Shown in pieces: positions 12,251-25,868 of a DNA stretch of 64,000 nucleotides; within the stretch, counting starts at the first letter, position 1; each line of letters starts with the position of its first letter. The notes beneath the pieces are model-generated. The model made no database searches and was not told where the DNA came from. It saw nothing but the letters and a program-made list of their open reading frames with translations. The translations under genes were made by a program, and so were the position numbers. This stretch comes from Camelus ferus (taxonomy: Eukaryota), in assembly GCF_009834535.1 (NCBI RefSeq), contig NC_045697.1, positions 14,882,001 through 14,946,000 on the forward strand. Reading direction: 5' to 3'.

Positions 12251-13917
12251 CTTGGTGGTAAGGCATTCATTTCACAGTCCATCCAGTCTACTTTATAAGC
12301 AAATATCTTGAATACTTCTAACTCTTAACATGTTTGACCTTAGAAAATCGCAATCCACACTCAGACTTGTCAAATATTCAGGCTGGAAAATCCAGTGAAC
12401 TTGCTTATTGTCTACCAAAATTATGAAGAAAAATGAAAGCATAAAATTCAGAACCCCAGTCAAGGCAACTAGAGTGGAAGAAAATAAAGCTTCCAAACTC
12501 ACTAATACTCAACATAATATTGTTGCAATAGTGTTAATAGTATAATCAGTGTAAGTTCCTATACAGGTAATACATTTAGACTATAAATTTGAAATAGTAA
12601 AATATGTATATTTTTAAGTACAGCCTTTGCATGTGTTCATTATAATGAGAATAACCTTCTCTCAGGTAACCTACTGAAAAGGAGTGCAGATCAATACTCT
12701 TAATGCTGAAACCATTTCAGGAAATATCAGAAGCTATCAGTTGTCATCTAATTGGGAGACTGTTTTCCTAAGTGAATGGCTATAAAATTCCACCTACTCA
12801 AATCACTGTAATCATTTTATTTGTCCTATTCTCTACAGAAATTTTAAACAAAGCCTGCAGTGATTGCTTTGTTATTTCAAATCTGCATAGTAATTTTCCA
12901 GTGTATTAAAAGACATTCACTGTTGACACTGGTAGGGGAAAAAATTGGGCGTCTGCCTGATGGAACTGCTCATTTTCAGTCAACATAATTACTCTGCATT
13001 ACACATCTGCTATTTAAACAATATCACACTTTCATTTTTTTCTTTTTTGCTAATAATTAACTTGATGGAATCATACATCTCTATTCAACTTGAATAAATA
13101 TCAGAATCATTTCTATGTTGTGAAAATCGTGCTAAGCCAAATGAAATGATTGGGTTTGAGCTAGTAAGTATCAGTCACATAACTCAATTGCATGACCTCC
13201 TGAAACGAAGCAAAACAAATCGAAACAAAGAGCCTAATTCCTAGAATACACAGCAATTTATATTGTAAATATTTTTTTAATCAAGGGACATAAAGTGTTT
13301 TTACCAGTTTTATACTATGAAATGTCCAATCAGTACCACAGGCTGTCAAAGAATCTTTCTTGCTCATAGTTTTGAGTGTGTGTTTCCCTTTCTTAAACCT
13401 CCAGGGCTGCCTGTCACCTTCTCTATCAAATTTAAATTATTCTCAGTGCTTCAGGGGCTTCCACTAGCCCTTATTTACCATGCCTTTCTCAGTTTCTCCT
13501 TCCCCATTGTCCACTCACTAGAGTCAACCTAATTCACAGGACTTCTCATACTGCAGTATAACTGATTGAAAGAATGACACACTAAGAGTCAGAAAGCACA
13601 GAACTTGAGCAAATAAATTATATAACCTCCCTGAAACTGTTTTTCTCCCCCAACAGGAAAAAAAATCCAGGACTACTGACAGATTTTTTTTTCCCTTCTC
13701 TTTCTTTCTGTTATAATCACTCATCCTTCTATGATTACTTTCAAATCTACTGCATAGTCCTCTTCATTTCAAATACTTTGTCAGATATACTGGGGACAGA
13801 GAATCTGAGGGAGAATGGCAAGGTAGGTCTGGAGAACCTGGAAAAATATTTCATATTTATTGAACATCGAAGCTACTGACAATTTTACTTCATTACTTCA
13901 TTTAAGAAGTACCTGCA

Positions 13918-15543
13918 GCAAGGTAGCAGGTTACAAAATTAAAGTTCAAAAATCAGTTGCATTTCTTTACACTAACGATAAATCAACAGAAGAAGAAAGT
14001 AAAGAAACAATCCCCTTTAAAATAGCACCCAAAGTAATAAAATATCTGGGAATAAATCTAACCAAGGAGGTGAAAGAATTATACACAGAAAACTATAAAC
14101 CATTGATGAAGGAAATTAAAGAAGACTTTAAAAAATGGAAAGATATCCCATGCTCTTGGATTGGAAGAATCAATATTGTTAAAATGGTCACACTGCCCAA
14201 GGCAATCTACAGATTTAATGCAACCCCTATCCAATTACCCAGGACATATTTCACAGAACTAGAAAAAATCATAATAAAATTCATATGGAACCATCAAAGA
14301 CCTAGAATTGCCAAAGCATTACTGAAGAGAAAGAAAGAGGCTGGAGGAATAACTCTCCCAGACTTCAGACAATACTATAGAGCTACAGTCATCAAGACAG
14401 CATGGTATTGGTACCAAAACAGACATATAGACCAATGGAACAGAATAGAGAGCCCAGAAATGAACCCACAAACTTTTGGTCAACTCATCTTTGACAAAGG
14501 AGGCAAGAATATACATTGGAATAAAGACAGTCTCTTCAGCAAATGGTGTTGGGAAAACTGGACAGCAGCATGTAAAGCAATGAAGCTAGAACACTCCCTT
14601 ACACCATATACAAAAATCAACTCAAAATGGATTAAAGACTTAAACATAAGACAAGATACAATAAACCTCCTAGAGGAAAACATAGGCAAAACATTATCTG
14701 ACATACATTTAAAAAACTTTCTCCTAGAAGAAATAAAAGCAAGAATAAACAAATGGGACCGAATGAAACTTACAAGCTTCTGCACAGCAAAGGAAACCAG
14801 AAATAAAACAAGAAGGAAAACCTACGGAATGGGAGAAAATTTTTGCAAGTGAAACCGACAAAGGCTTGATCTCCAGAATATATAAGCAGCTCATATGACT
14901 CAATAAGAAAAAAATAAACAACCCAATCCAAAAATGGGCAGAAGACCTAAACAAGCAATTCTCCAAGGAAGACATACAAATGATCAAAAAGCACATGAAA
15001 AAATGCTCAATATCACTAATTATCAGAGAAATGCAAATCAAAACTACAATGAGGTATCACCTCACACCAGTCAGAATGGCCGTCATTCAAAAATCCACAA
15101 ATGACAAATGCTGGAGAGGCTGTGGAGAAAGGGGAACCCTCCTACACTGCTGGTGGGAATGCAGTTTGGTGCAGCCACTATGGAAAACAGTGTGGAGATT
15201 CCTCAAAAGACTAGGAATAGACATACTGTATGACCCAGGAATCCCACTCCTGGGCTTGTATCCAGAAGGAACCCTACTTCAGGATGACACCTGCACCCCA
15301 ATGTTCATAGCAGCACTATTTACAATAGCCAAAACATGGAAACAGCCTAAATGTCCATCAACAGGTGACTGGATAAAGAAGAAGTGGTATATTTATACAA
15401 TGGAATACTACTCAGCCATAAAAACCGACAACATAATGCCATTTGCAGCAACATGGATGCTCCTGGAGAATGTCATTCTAAGTGAAGTAAGCCAGAAAGA
15501 GAAAGAAAAATACCATATGAGATCGCTCATATGTGGAATCTAA
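13918..15543 (+). pseudogene. LINE-1 ORF2p remnant (end of RT, thumb/wrist, C-terminal CCHC region)
   Basis: [52 protein letters not shown]. Disrupted by a +1 frameshift at ~14815-14820 and a TGA at 14896; terminal stop at 15543. Confidence 0.93.
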
Positions 15544-15862
15544 AAAACAAAAACAAAAACAAACAAACAAAAACAAAGCGTAAATAAAGGACAGAAATAG
15601 ACTCACAGACAGAGAATACAGACTTGTGGTTACCAGGGGGGTAGAGGGTGGGAAGGGATAGACTGGGATTTCAAAATTGTAGAATAGACTACACTGTATA
15701 GCACAGGGAAATATACACAAAATGTTATGATAACTCACAGAGAAAAAATGTGACAATGAGTGTGTATATGTCCATGAATAACTGAAAAATTGTGCTGAAC
15801 ACTGGAATTTGACACAACATTGTAAAATGATTATAAATCAATAAAAAATGTTAAAAAAAAAA
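13918..15862 (+). mobile_element. Young 5'-truncated LINE-1 (camelid-type) with poly(A) tail and 14-bp TSD
   Basis: TSD aagaagtacctgca at 13904-13917 and 15863-15876; TT|AAGA endonuclease-type site; ORF2 3' half; 3' UTR with aataaa and A-tail at ~15840-15862. Confidence 0.96.
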
Positions 15863-16369
15863 AAGAAGTACCTGCATGTAACTTCTAAAAAAAAAGTAAG
15901 ATACTCAAGACAGCCCACTTTTCATTGCTTACTGATTTATGTTTTACTTTTGTACTTTATTTTCAGTTTTTCAACTTGACCCCCTCTCCCCACTTTTTTC
16001 CCCCCATTATTACTGAGATCAGGAAATTGCTGTCAGTAATACTGTCTTCAACTCCAGGCCCTGCCAGTGAGAGATTATAATTGACAAATTAAGTTAGAGG
16101 CAACCATGGACATCCTGTTTTCCAAGGCTTGCAGAGATTCCCAGGAGGGAAAAGAGTGAGGCCTAGTTCTCCCTTCCTGGCACTTGTGGTTCATAATGTC
16201 ACCAGTGATACCAAAAGCCCTGACTGATTTTACCCACTAAGTACTAACAAATCAGCTATGCTTCATGTAAAGAGTGAAAACCCTTAGTCTCCACCCTTTG
16301 TTTCACAATAGAGTTGTTCATATTTGTTGTGTCCAATTCCTCTCCTCCCAGGCTCTCTTAATGTATTCT

Positions 16370-16850
16370 AATCTGAAACTCTCCACTGCTAAATATAAGA
16401 GGTAATTTTCAGTCCTTATCTTACTCAGCATTATTTTATCAGTTGACCCCTTTCTTTCCTTGTAAAAGTTTTCTAATCTTTCAGGACACAATCATCTAAT
16501 TTCTTCCATTCTCACTGATATCTCCTCTTATTCTTCTTTGCTGCTTCTTTGTTATTTTCCCATCTCAGAATGCTGGAGTGCCTCAGGGTTCAGTTCATAT
16601 CTCATTCTTTTTCTATCTTTATTTATCCTCTGGATGACCTCCTCCAGGCGCATAGCTTCAAATCCTTTAAACCCATCAATATGGATTTAGGTGTATAGCT
16701 AACAACTCCCAATTTCAGCTCAGTACTCTGGACATCTCAGGATTCATATCAGACTCCTCTTAGATATCTAATAGGCACCTACAACTTTACAGGACCACTG
16801 CCAAATTCTTGATTTTTCCTCTAAATCAACTTTACATTTGATTTTCCCAA
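16370..16850 (+). mobile_element. L2 (LINE-2) internal fragment
   Basis: ttttcagtccttatcttactc...tgctggagtgcctcagggttcagt...gatatctaataggcacct resemble the decayed L2 RT region. Confidence 0.6.
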
Positions 16851-16864
16851 TCTGACACCTGATG

Positions 16865-17030
16865 ACTGAATGGATTTGGATAAGTCACTTCCCATATCTG
16901 GTTGTCTGTTCAGCACCTATAAAATGAGTTTAATAATAATATTTCCCTTGCCTATTCATAGGAGTATTATAGGGATTAAATAAAAGCATGTGAGGATACT
17001 TTGAAAATTTTAATGGCTTTACATACGTAA
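16865..17030 (+). mobile_element. MIR SINE
   Basis: tttggataagtcacttccc...ctataaaatgag...tgcctattcataggagtattatagggattaaat. Confidence 0.65.
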
Positions 17031-17629
17031 GTTATCTGTCATGAAGATATTTTATTGCAATTCTACCATGTGCCAATCACTATTTATGGTAATTCAAAGT
17101 CACAAAATAATCTGGAATTTGCAAAAGTGAGAATTCAGGGCATTCAACTTTAGATATCCTACTTACAGACATGAGGACAAATGGGTAGGTTTAAACAGCA
17201 AAAATGACAGTCACATTAAGAGTGAATGTAAATGGAATGAGAGGCATTTCATACATTGAAAAGAATATTCTTTTTTTTTTTTTTTTTTTTTTTGATAATG
17301 GAAGTTCAATGTCCTATTCATGGGCAGTGGGATAAATTTCTTAGACCTGTAATAAGAGCTACTGGTTGGTTGTAATCTGAAGCTAGTTTTCACTTCATGG
17401 TTATTGCTGTTCCTGAGTAATGAGTAACAAGATCACTTTCCCATCTGGCATTTTGTGGCTGAGAATAGCAGTAGCATAAGGTAAAATGTCAGTGGTAACA
17501 AACAGTGGTTTATGTCATTTGTAAAATATGCCCACAGACCCAAACATCAATGGTGGCATAAAATCCCAGAAAATATTCTAATGCAAGTGAATCCAAGTCT
17601 ATGGGGATAGAAAGAGATTAAAGTCAGAA

Positions 17630-17790
17630 AAATGGTTTTGAATCCTGGTTCCACTACAGACATATCCCTTACCCTCTTGGTTCCTGATTTTACTTATTTG
17701 TAAAACAAAAACAGTAATAATCCCAATTTTGCAAGATTATTCAAAATCAAAAGCATGTGAATGCCCTTTAAATTGTAGTATACTATACAG
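17630..17790 (+). mobile_element. MIR SINE
   Basis: ggttttgaatcctggttccactac...ttgtaaaac...taataatcc, MIR-like. Confidence 0.55.
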
Positions 17791-18230
17791 AAGTTAATGG
17801 TTACTGCTGTTTTTGTTGCAGAGAAGATAATTCAAAAATGATTATTTTTCCCCTACAATGACAAATGAAACATTCCTTAATGAAGTCACACACACAGTCA
17901 CAAGGTTACCGAATATATCAGTGGTTTGGTTAACAGTAATCAAAATGATCTTAAGGTGGTCTCAGGAATTTTCACTAAAAGACATGTGAGAAAATGTGAA
18001 AATATCTTTGCTGGTGACAGTGTACCAAAGTTTCAAGTCCATTCTCTGGCCCAAAGCCAAGTGAAGATTGAAGGAAAAGGAAACTGTAAGAGAGTAATCT
18101 TTAGGGCACCTGAACATCTAAATATTCAAGATGGTTGAGGACAGTTATTCACTTAAAAGAAAATATAATGATTCCTTACAGAAACTAAGCTAACTTAAAA
18201 ATTATTTTATGACGTTGACAGCTAAACAAA

Positions 18231-18233
18231 AAG

Positions 18234-18263
<30 letters not shown>
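18231..18263. repeat. (AAAAC)n pentanucleotide repeat
   Basis: aaaacaaaacaaaacaaaacaaaacaaaa. Confidence 0.85.
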
Positions 18264-18264
<1 letters not shown>

Positions 18265-19439
18265 TATGATTCTCCTTTTTCTAACTTTCTAGAAGCTAGC
18301 AGGGAGAATCTGCCTCCTTAACTACTTGATTTAAACCACTGGAGAATTAGGCACTGAGCCAATCTGATCATTGCACATGTTGGAAATAAGCAAGAGAATT
18401 TCAAAATTTAGCATTTTATAAGAAGAAAATAAAAAAGCAGAATTCTATTAATTAATGCCACTGCATTGGAAATCCCGTATTTTAAATTCTCTAATATGCA
18501 GCTAGGAGTCCTTACATCCGAGATCCAGTCTACATGGAAGGGGAAGGAGGAAGTCAGAATCTGCCGAGAGAGAAGAATCCTGGAAAGCAAAGGGGAGACA
18601 TTTCTGCACAGGTAATGAGCCTCTCTTACCTGGGCTGGCATTGCTCTGCGATTGGGTATTTGGGCTCTGTCATCACGCTGTCTAGCCTCCGACCCTGGAC
18701 TCCACATTTACCAACTACATGGTACTGGGTGACTTATTTAACCCGAACGGGGATAACAGTAGTAAAACCTCCCTCATAGGGTATCAAATCAGTCACCATT
18801 ACTGTGACTACTACCATGAAAACAGGTACTATGATGACCATTATCACTGTCATCATTAGTACCATCATTTGTCCTGCACGTGGAATTGTGTTTCTTTGGA
18901 GGAGTCACAGCATAGGAAGAAAGCCAACACTTCTACTATCTCTGGGGGAAAAAGGGATCTTTCTGCAAAGCCTTTTAAAAATAGTTAATACCATAAGACT
19001 GTTCAGTGTGAAGAGAGGCTGTATTCCCTAACAAAGGGAATGTACACTTTTGTTCGTATTTTAATTAATACTAATAGGCCTGTTTCATCCTTGATATGTG
19101 CTTATTCAAAAGAAAAATTATTTTCATAGATGAGACACCTGGGGCTACCTGTACTTCAGGTCACTTTTAACCGTCAATAAGTTATTTTTCTACTGCCTTG
19201 TGGCAGTCATTTTAGACTCAGAGAGAAGGTTCTCTTGTTTAGGAAGCAGAGGCTCATTTCTTGGCAATGTGTGAGTTAGCCGTCTTGATAGAGCATGCCG
19301 GCTGGAAGTGAACAAGCAAGCAGGAGAAAGATTTACAACTTCTAAGATTCCTTCGAATGTTGAGACTTCGTAACTATGGTGGAGAATAATGGCTTAAAAT
19401 TCAGGGTAACAATGATTATGATAGGAAAATAAAAGCAAT

Positions 19440-19620
19440 ATCATTTATTAAATCCTTCATATGAAAAACAGCAGGTTTGATATCTAATGAACATAACCTC
19501 ATTTAATTCCTCCAGCAAGCCTTAGAAGGTGGGTTTTATTAACCTCATTTTACAGGTGAGGAAACTGAGGCACAATTTGATGATGAGCAAGTCTCATCCA
19601 GGCTTCTCAAACTACAAAGA
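19440..19620 (-). mobile_element. MIR SINE
   Basis: ctcatttaattcctccagcaagcc...cattttacaggtgaggaaactgaggcaca: canonical antisense MIR core. Confidence 0.8.
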
Positions 19621-20377
19621 GCTTCACTCTTTCCACATTGTGAAACTTCTCAGAGCCCTCATCTATTTCAGTCCTGCCCTTGGCCCTGCCCTTTGCTTCA
19701 GGCGGCTCATTTAAGCCTCTCAACAGTGCTAAGAGGTAAGAAGTGGCATCCATAGGCCATGGGTGAGGGGACTGAGGTCTAGGGTAGGATTTGAGATCCT
19801 ACAGTCTCCCAGGTGGTGCCAGTGCTGTTGGATCAGGTCACACTTTTGAGGAGCAGAGAACTAGAGCTCGTTATTAACAGCAGGTTCAGGGCCCCTGACT
19901 CAGACTCTGGGGAGGAAGCCCAAGAGACAAGTGTTTAACTTGCTCTCAGGGATTCTAAGGCACACTAAAGCTTGAGAAGGCCGTGAACAAGGCTTCGGTT
20001 GGTTCTATTAACATTTTTTGACAGTGCAATTCACTGGAGACACAGCCTGATCGAATTCCTGATTCATCATCACGACTTCAGGGTAAAATGCTTCTGATTC
20101 TAAGACATCCTCATCCCCTTCTGTAACAGAGGTAATGAGTCAATTTTCCAAACAGAGTAAGTAGATAATCCTTCTCAATTTACTAACATAATTCCCCAAA
20201 TATTAAGGAGCATTAGAAAAGGCATCCTTTTTGCAAGCTCAACTAAGCAGCAGTTTTCTAGCACAAATATTAGGAGCAATAAAGAATTTTGTTCAAGGTC
20301 GACAGTTTTGAGTTAACAGTTTTTATTTTATATTGATGTTCCCTTCATTTTCCTGTTCCTTCTATATATATGTCTGT

Positions 20378-20380
<3 letters not shown>

Positions 20381-20460
<80 letters not shown>
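20381..20460. repeat. (TA)~32 microsatellite followed by a T16 run
   Basis: Perfect TA run 20381-20444, then poly-T to 20460. Confidence 0.97.
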
Positions 20461-20609
20461 GCATATAGCACCATTTTTTAAAGATTTGTTTGGTTCAATT
20501 CTGGATAGTTTAAGCTTAAAATGAAGTTCACAGAAATGATTCAGGGGTAGAAATTCAAGGGAGATTTGAACAAAGTACTCTGAGTAGGGTACTGACCAGG
20601 GCTGCTCAT

Positions 20610-20716
20610 CGGGTGACCAACCCCCCTATTTCATCCAGGACTGGTCCAGTTTTAGCACTGAGAGGCCCAAGTTCTGGGGAATTCCCTCAGTTCCAGGGTG
20701 ACAATTGGTCACCCTA
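20610..20716. mobile_element. MER81-like hAT-Blackjack MITE
   Basis: Terminal inverted repeats gggtgaccaa ... ttggtcaccc with internal ccaggactggtccagttttagcactga. Confidence 0.8.
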
Positions 20717-22479
20717 CTGGCGACCCTGCCATTAGGCTTTCTATGTAGCAACTAATGTGAATCTGATTCAGTTGTTCCTATTCTTTGTCATTCTACAAAT
20801 TGGACTAGGCTTGGGCCGGGTGTATCATTTTGTTAATCCAAGTAATTTAAACAAGGGATTTCTCTTGGTCTAGGGAAACTTTACATTTGTCGCCTTTGTT
20901 TTTAAGTCACTCTTAGGATATGTCTGAATCAGTTTCCAAGAGAAGCAGGTAAGCTCAGTAAGCTTGTTTGTGGGGTTAGCTAGCCTGATCCATCCTCTCC
21001 AGCTCCAGGTAGGTTTGCTGCTCTTTGGTTATTCTTGAGGAGCCCTCATTGTGCCCACATAGCTGGGGCAGTTATCCTGTTTCAAAGTTATGTTTAGTTC
21101 ATTTTACAGGATGAGTTATAGACTATGATGCTATTCATGAGTTTTCAGATTCCCAAAGAGCTTAAGTCGTGCTGTTTAAGAACTCCAAGGGACACTTCTT
21201 CATATGACCCTCCTTGCTTACCCAGGGGTTCCTGGCTGTCCTGAGCTTTTTATGCCTCTTCTCTTCTGATGGAACATTTCAAATGAGTAAAATTCTGAAA
21301 TCTGGTGATCTTTTTTGTGGGCTTTGCACATTTCCTCTTCAGCTGTGTGAAAAAAACCATCATATCTATTGTATCTAACTTTTCCATTCTCACTCTCCTT
21401 CCATGCTACTAAGTAAGGCTGCTTTATAAAAGAAATCTTTCATTTAGTGGAGTCGAGGTTACTTCCTTTGCTTCCATCTTCATTTCCCACTGAATGAATC
21501 AGGTCTCAGCTTATGATCATTTGCTACCTGACGCTGCTTCTCCTGGACCGCCCCTAGCCGCCTGACAGAGCTCTGGGCTGTCTTCCATGATCTCTTTTAA
21601 TTCCTTGTTGGCGGCTTGCTGGCCTTTTCTCTTTACCTTCCTGCCAGGTTTAATGCCTTTCAGCATGCCAGCTATGTTTTTCAGAATTTTTCCAAAATGA
21701 GATAAAAAATAAAATCTCCAGCTCCCAATTATCAGTGAGCATTTTTTTCAGATAATACTTCAGCATCATTTACTATCACAATTCTCCATCTTCTGAGCTT
21801 CTCCCTCCATAAAAAGAACCCCATAAAACAACCAGAAATGACTTCATGTTAACAAGAAAGTTCTCCTGGTATTAAGGAGTTATGGGGCTAGAAATTAGTA
21901 GAATGTAAGCAATGCAAGACTGGTTCATTCACGCAAACAACAATCACGCAACCTGGCCAGCATCCCTTTTTCCTGTAGACCTGCTCCTTGCAGGGAGTAA
22001 AAGCAGATGGAAGACACTGGGGTATGCAGAGTTGGCATATGGCAGTCCCAGAACTAGATTAATCAAAAGCAAATGCCAAAACCATCTTATATAGAGGACT
22101 ACTGGGGAGTTACTCCTTCATTGCTCTATGGAAAAAAAGACACCTTCTCAACTATGACATTCTCTGAACCACATGTACACACACATAAAGATAAAAGAAT
22201 CTCTACTCATCCTCAATTTTTGCCTGACTGTCTCAGTAGCTTATTACCTAAATTCTTACCCTATATCTTATTCCATATGAATCTATCCTGCTTGCTGATG
22301 CATGGTGACCCTCTTACTATGTAAATTTGATAAATTTAAATTCATGCCCTGCTTAAAACTGTTCACCTATGATCTAGAACAGTGAGTATTTCACAAAGAA
22401 TTTCAGCTGATTGGCAAGAAGCATCACAAGAAAAAGGGTAGTGTCCTCAAAGTACCCAGCCATGCTGACAGGTCTTACG

Positions 22480-24415
22480 TTAAGTTCATGGTCACTAAAC
22501 TGAGAGCCCTCAATGCTGCCTGGCCATCAGACTACATTGCTGTAGACCATTACTTCCCCCTCTCCAAGACAACTGGTTCATGGTGTCTCTTACCTTTCTT
22601 GTACCTGCCCTATCCCCATTCTCAGCTTAAAACCCACTGAGGAAAATAGAAGCAATTAGAAAAGAAATTCCTCTAGCTTCCACTAGTATAGCTACTCATC
22701 TACCTTAATCTATGTTCATAAACCTCCTTCCTTTCCGAAACTTCTCCCAGGTAAGACCAATCACTCCACTTATATGCAAGACTCTGTTTCCTCTCACCTG
22801 CTCAAAGACATTATTCCTCTTCCCCCTGCATTGTCGCTTTTTTCATCAACATATGAATATGTTATTTTTTATAACCACCACCACCATCATCATCATTATC
22901 ATCATTAAAATGCCCCTTATTCTCATTTCCCATCCAGCAACTGCCCCAAATTCCTCAAGAGAGTTTCTGTGATGTCTCTTCAAATCCTTTACTCCAAATC
23001 CCTCTTGAACATACTTCAGTCAGGCTTTCACCTCTGAACTCACCAAAATTTCTCTTGTTAAAGTCATCAGTGATGTCCACCGTGCTAAACCCAAGGCCGC
23101 TTCTCAGTCTTAGGCTCACCTGACCATCAGCAGTATTTGACAGGGTTGAACACTCCTTTGTCCTAGAAGCATGTTCTTTATTTGGTTTCTAAGGCATCAA
23201 ACTATATTAGTTTTCCTATTTCCTCCCCAGCTGCTCTTCCTTTCTGACTTGCTCTTCCTCCTCACCTCTATAAGCTCGTAACGAGGCAGTGTAGACTCTG
23301 TACTTCTCTGTTCTGTCTATACTCACATCCTTGCTGGTCTTATCCAGTTTCATGGCTTTAAATACCATGTAAAATGCTGACAACTCCCAAGAGTACATCT
23401 CTACCTGAGACCTCTCCCTTGTCCTCCTGACTCATATGTCTAACTGTCTACTTGGTCTCTCTGCTTGACTGTCTACTAGACGTCTCAAACTTACCAAGTT
23501 CAAAATTGAGCTCCTGATATTCCCAATCCCAAATCTCCTCGTTCAGTCTTTCCCCACTTCAGTACAGGTGAATTTATCTAATTGCTGGGGTCAAACAAAT
23601 ACTTAGGCAGCATTATTTTCTTGTCTTCTCTCACACTCCATATCCAATCTATGAACTAACTTTGTCAGAACCACCTTAGAGGTATATTCATAATCTAACC
23701 ACTTTCACGGCCCCTTTACTTACACTTTAAACCTTGTCCATCTCAAGCTTGAATTACTGCAGTAACTTACCAGCTGGTCTCCCTGCTTAAAGCTTTGTTC
23801 CCTTTAATCCCTTCTCTACAGAGGAGCCCAAGTGGTCCTGGGAAAACACAAGCTGGATGATACCATGTCTCTGATCCAACCCTCCAATGGCTTCCAGTCC
23901 TACTTAGAGTAGCCAGTTTCTTAGAAAGGCCTATAAGGCCTTGCATGACCTGGCCCCTTCTTACCCCTCTGAGTCTCTTTCTCACCTCTCCCCTCCCACT
24001 CATCCATCCTGTTCTCTTACTCAAAGTTACAGGCATTCTTCTGCATTAGGGCATTTGCACATAATGCTGTCTCAGCTTAATCATTTTCCTTCCCAACCCA
24101 CATCTGCATTGTTTGCTTTTTCACCTTTGGTTCTTATTCAGATGTCATCTTTCCAGGAAGAACATATTTAACCACAATATTTAACAACATCTCTTGTCCC
24201 TTTCACTTGTCACCCCAGCACTTATCAGTACCAAATCCACTCTAATATTCTTTAGTTACTTAGTTTATTGCCGGTCTCCTCCACTGGAACATAAGATAAA
24301 TGAATGCAGGGACTTAAGTCTGTATCCTCAGTGCCTGGAATGCTGCTGGGCCAATAGTAGGTACACAACAAACATATGATTAATGAAAGATGAAATGAAT
24401 ACATTCATGAATAAA
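22480..24415 (+). mobile_element. Long L2 (LINE-2) remnant including RT region and 3' end
   Basis: cctgaccatcagcagtatttgacagggttgaacac (DLSAAFDTVDH-like) at ~23120; aatgctgacaactcccaa (YADDSQ-like) at ~23375; 3' end cagtgcctgg...atagtaggtacac...tgaat at 24330-24415. Confidence 0.85.
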
Positions 24416-24564
24416 TGAAGACAAGAAAAATTTCTGAATGCCAATTTAAGGAAATTTAAACCAATTTATTTACTGCAATATTTCTAAAGGCTTTTTAAAT
24501 TTGATAATGCAGTTTATCCATCTCCTGAGGGAGGCTCTCGAGGTATCTTTTGAGATGTGTTCTT

Positions 24565-24810
24565 TAGACCTGTGCCACTCAAAGTGTAGTTTGTGGACCA
24601 GTGCTGGTTCACAAATTATTTATTACTTATCTGCAATGAGAAAAATACATTTCTGCCAAGAGCATTATCAGTGGGCTTGTGTTTTGATCTTTTCTCATTT
24701 TTCTAGTAATTCATCATTATTATGTTTTTTAAAAGTATCAGTTCATGACAGATTAAAAATAATAATAAAATATCTGGCCCTTACTGTAGATAATTTGGGA
24801 AGCAGTTCCT
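24565..24810. mobile_element. hAT-Charlie family DNA transposon fragment
   Basis: Ends ctgtgccactcaaagtgtagtttgtggacca ... atttgggaagcag resemble MER5/Charlie TIRs. Confidence 0.5.
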
Positions 24811-25868
24811 TAAAGCACATGCTGGGAAACGTAAGTACAAAAGTATAAAGAAGCACTTTGAGATCCAGCTGCCACTTTTGTTTCTAGGCTACTCTTTTTT
24901 TTTTTTTTTTTTGGCCATTTCTTCGGTTGAACCTTATATGCCTACTCAGTCAACATTTAATTTATCTACGCTCTTCATCTGCCTGATAAGCCTTTGGCAT
25001 CCTTACCTACCTGGTGCACTTTTCTTTGTCCTTCCAAGTGCAGCTCCCAAGGCTGGTTCTATGACAAATCCTCAGATTCCTCTACACAGATGTGGGTGGC
25101 CTCTCTGTGCTTCCACAGCTCTCTGGTAACCTTATCCCAAAATTGATTCCCCTCTCCTGAATCATTTTCTTTACCATAAATATATATTAACCACCTGCAG
25201 TGTTTAAGGATCTATGGTCTCACTGGAAGATATAAATAAGTCCAAATTCTTGCCCTTGGGAGCTCTCTCTCTAGCAAACACAACATCACCCAGTAAAGTA
25301 CTTATTCAGAATTGATTGTTTAACATTTCTATTAAAATATAAGTCACATACCATACAATTCACCTGTATAATTCAATGGTTTTTATTATATTCACAGACT
25401 TGTATAACCATCACCACAATCAATTTTAGAGCATTTTCATCATCCTCCCAAACCTGTACCAACTTTCAGTCAATTCCTTTCCCTCTGTTTCCCTTATCCC
25501 TGAGGAGCCACTAATCTAGTCTCTGTCTCTACAGATTTGCCTGTTCTGGACTTTCCTATATAAACTGAATTATACAATATATGGTCTTTTGTGCTGGCTT
25601 CTTTCACTTAGAAGAGTATTTTCAAGATTCAGCCACACTGTAGCATGTATCAGTACTTTAGTCCTTTTTATTAACAAATAATACTCCAACACATGGGTAT
25701 GCCATATTTTATTTATTCATCATCAGTTGATGGATACTTAATTTGTTTCCAGCCTTTAGCTATTAGAAATAATACTGCTATGAACATTCATACGTAAGAT
25801 TTTGCATGGAAATATATTCTCATTTCTCTTAAGTATATACCTAGTTGGGGAATTTCTGGGTCATATGA

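Noticed and set aside
13860..13917. N-terminus of the 330-aa ORF as a real start
   Set aside because: It is a TTG start in flanking DNA upstream of the TSD, fortuitously in frame with the truncated ORF2.
14319..15756. Minus-strand ORFs over the L1
   Set aside because: Antisense shadows of L1 ORF2 and its 3' UTR.
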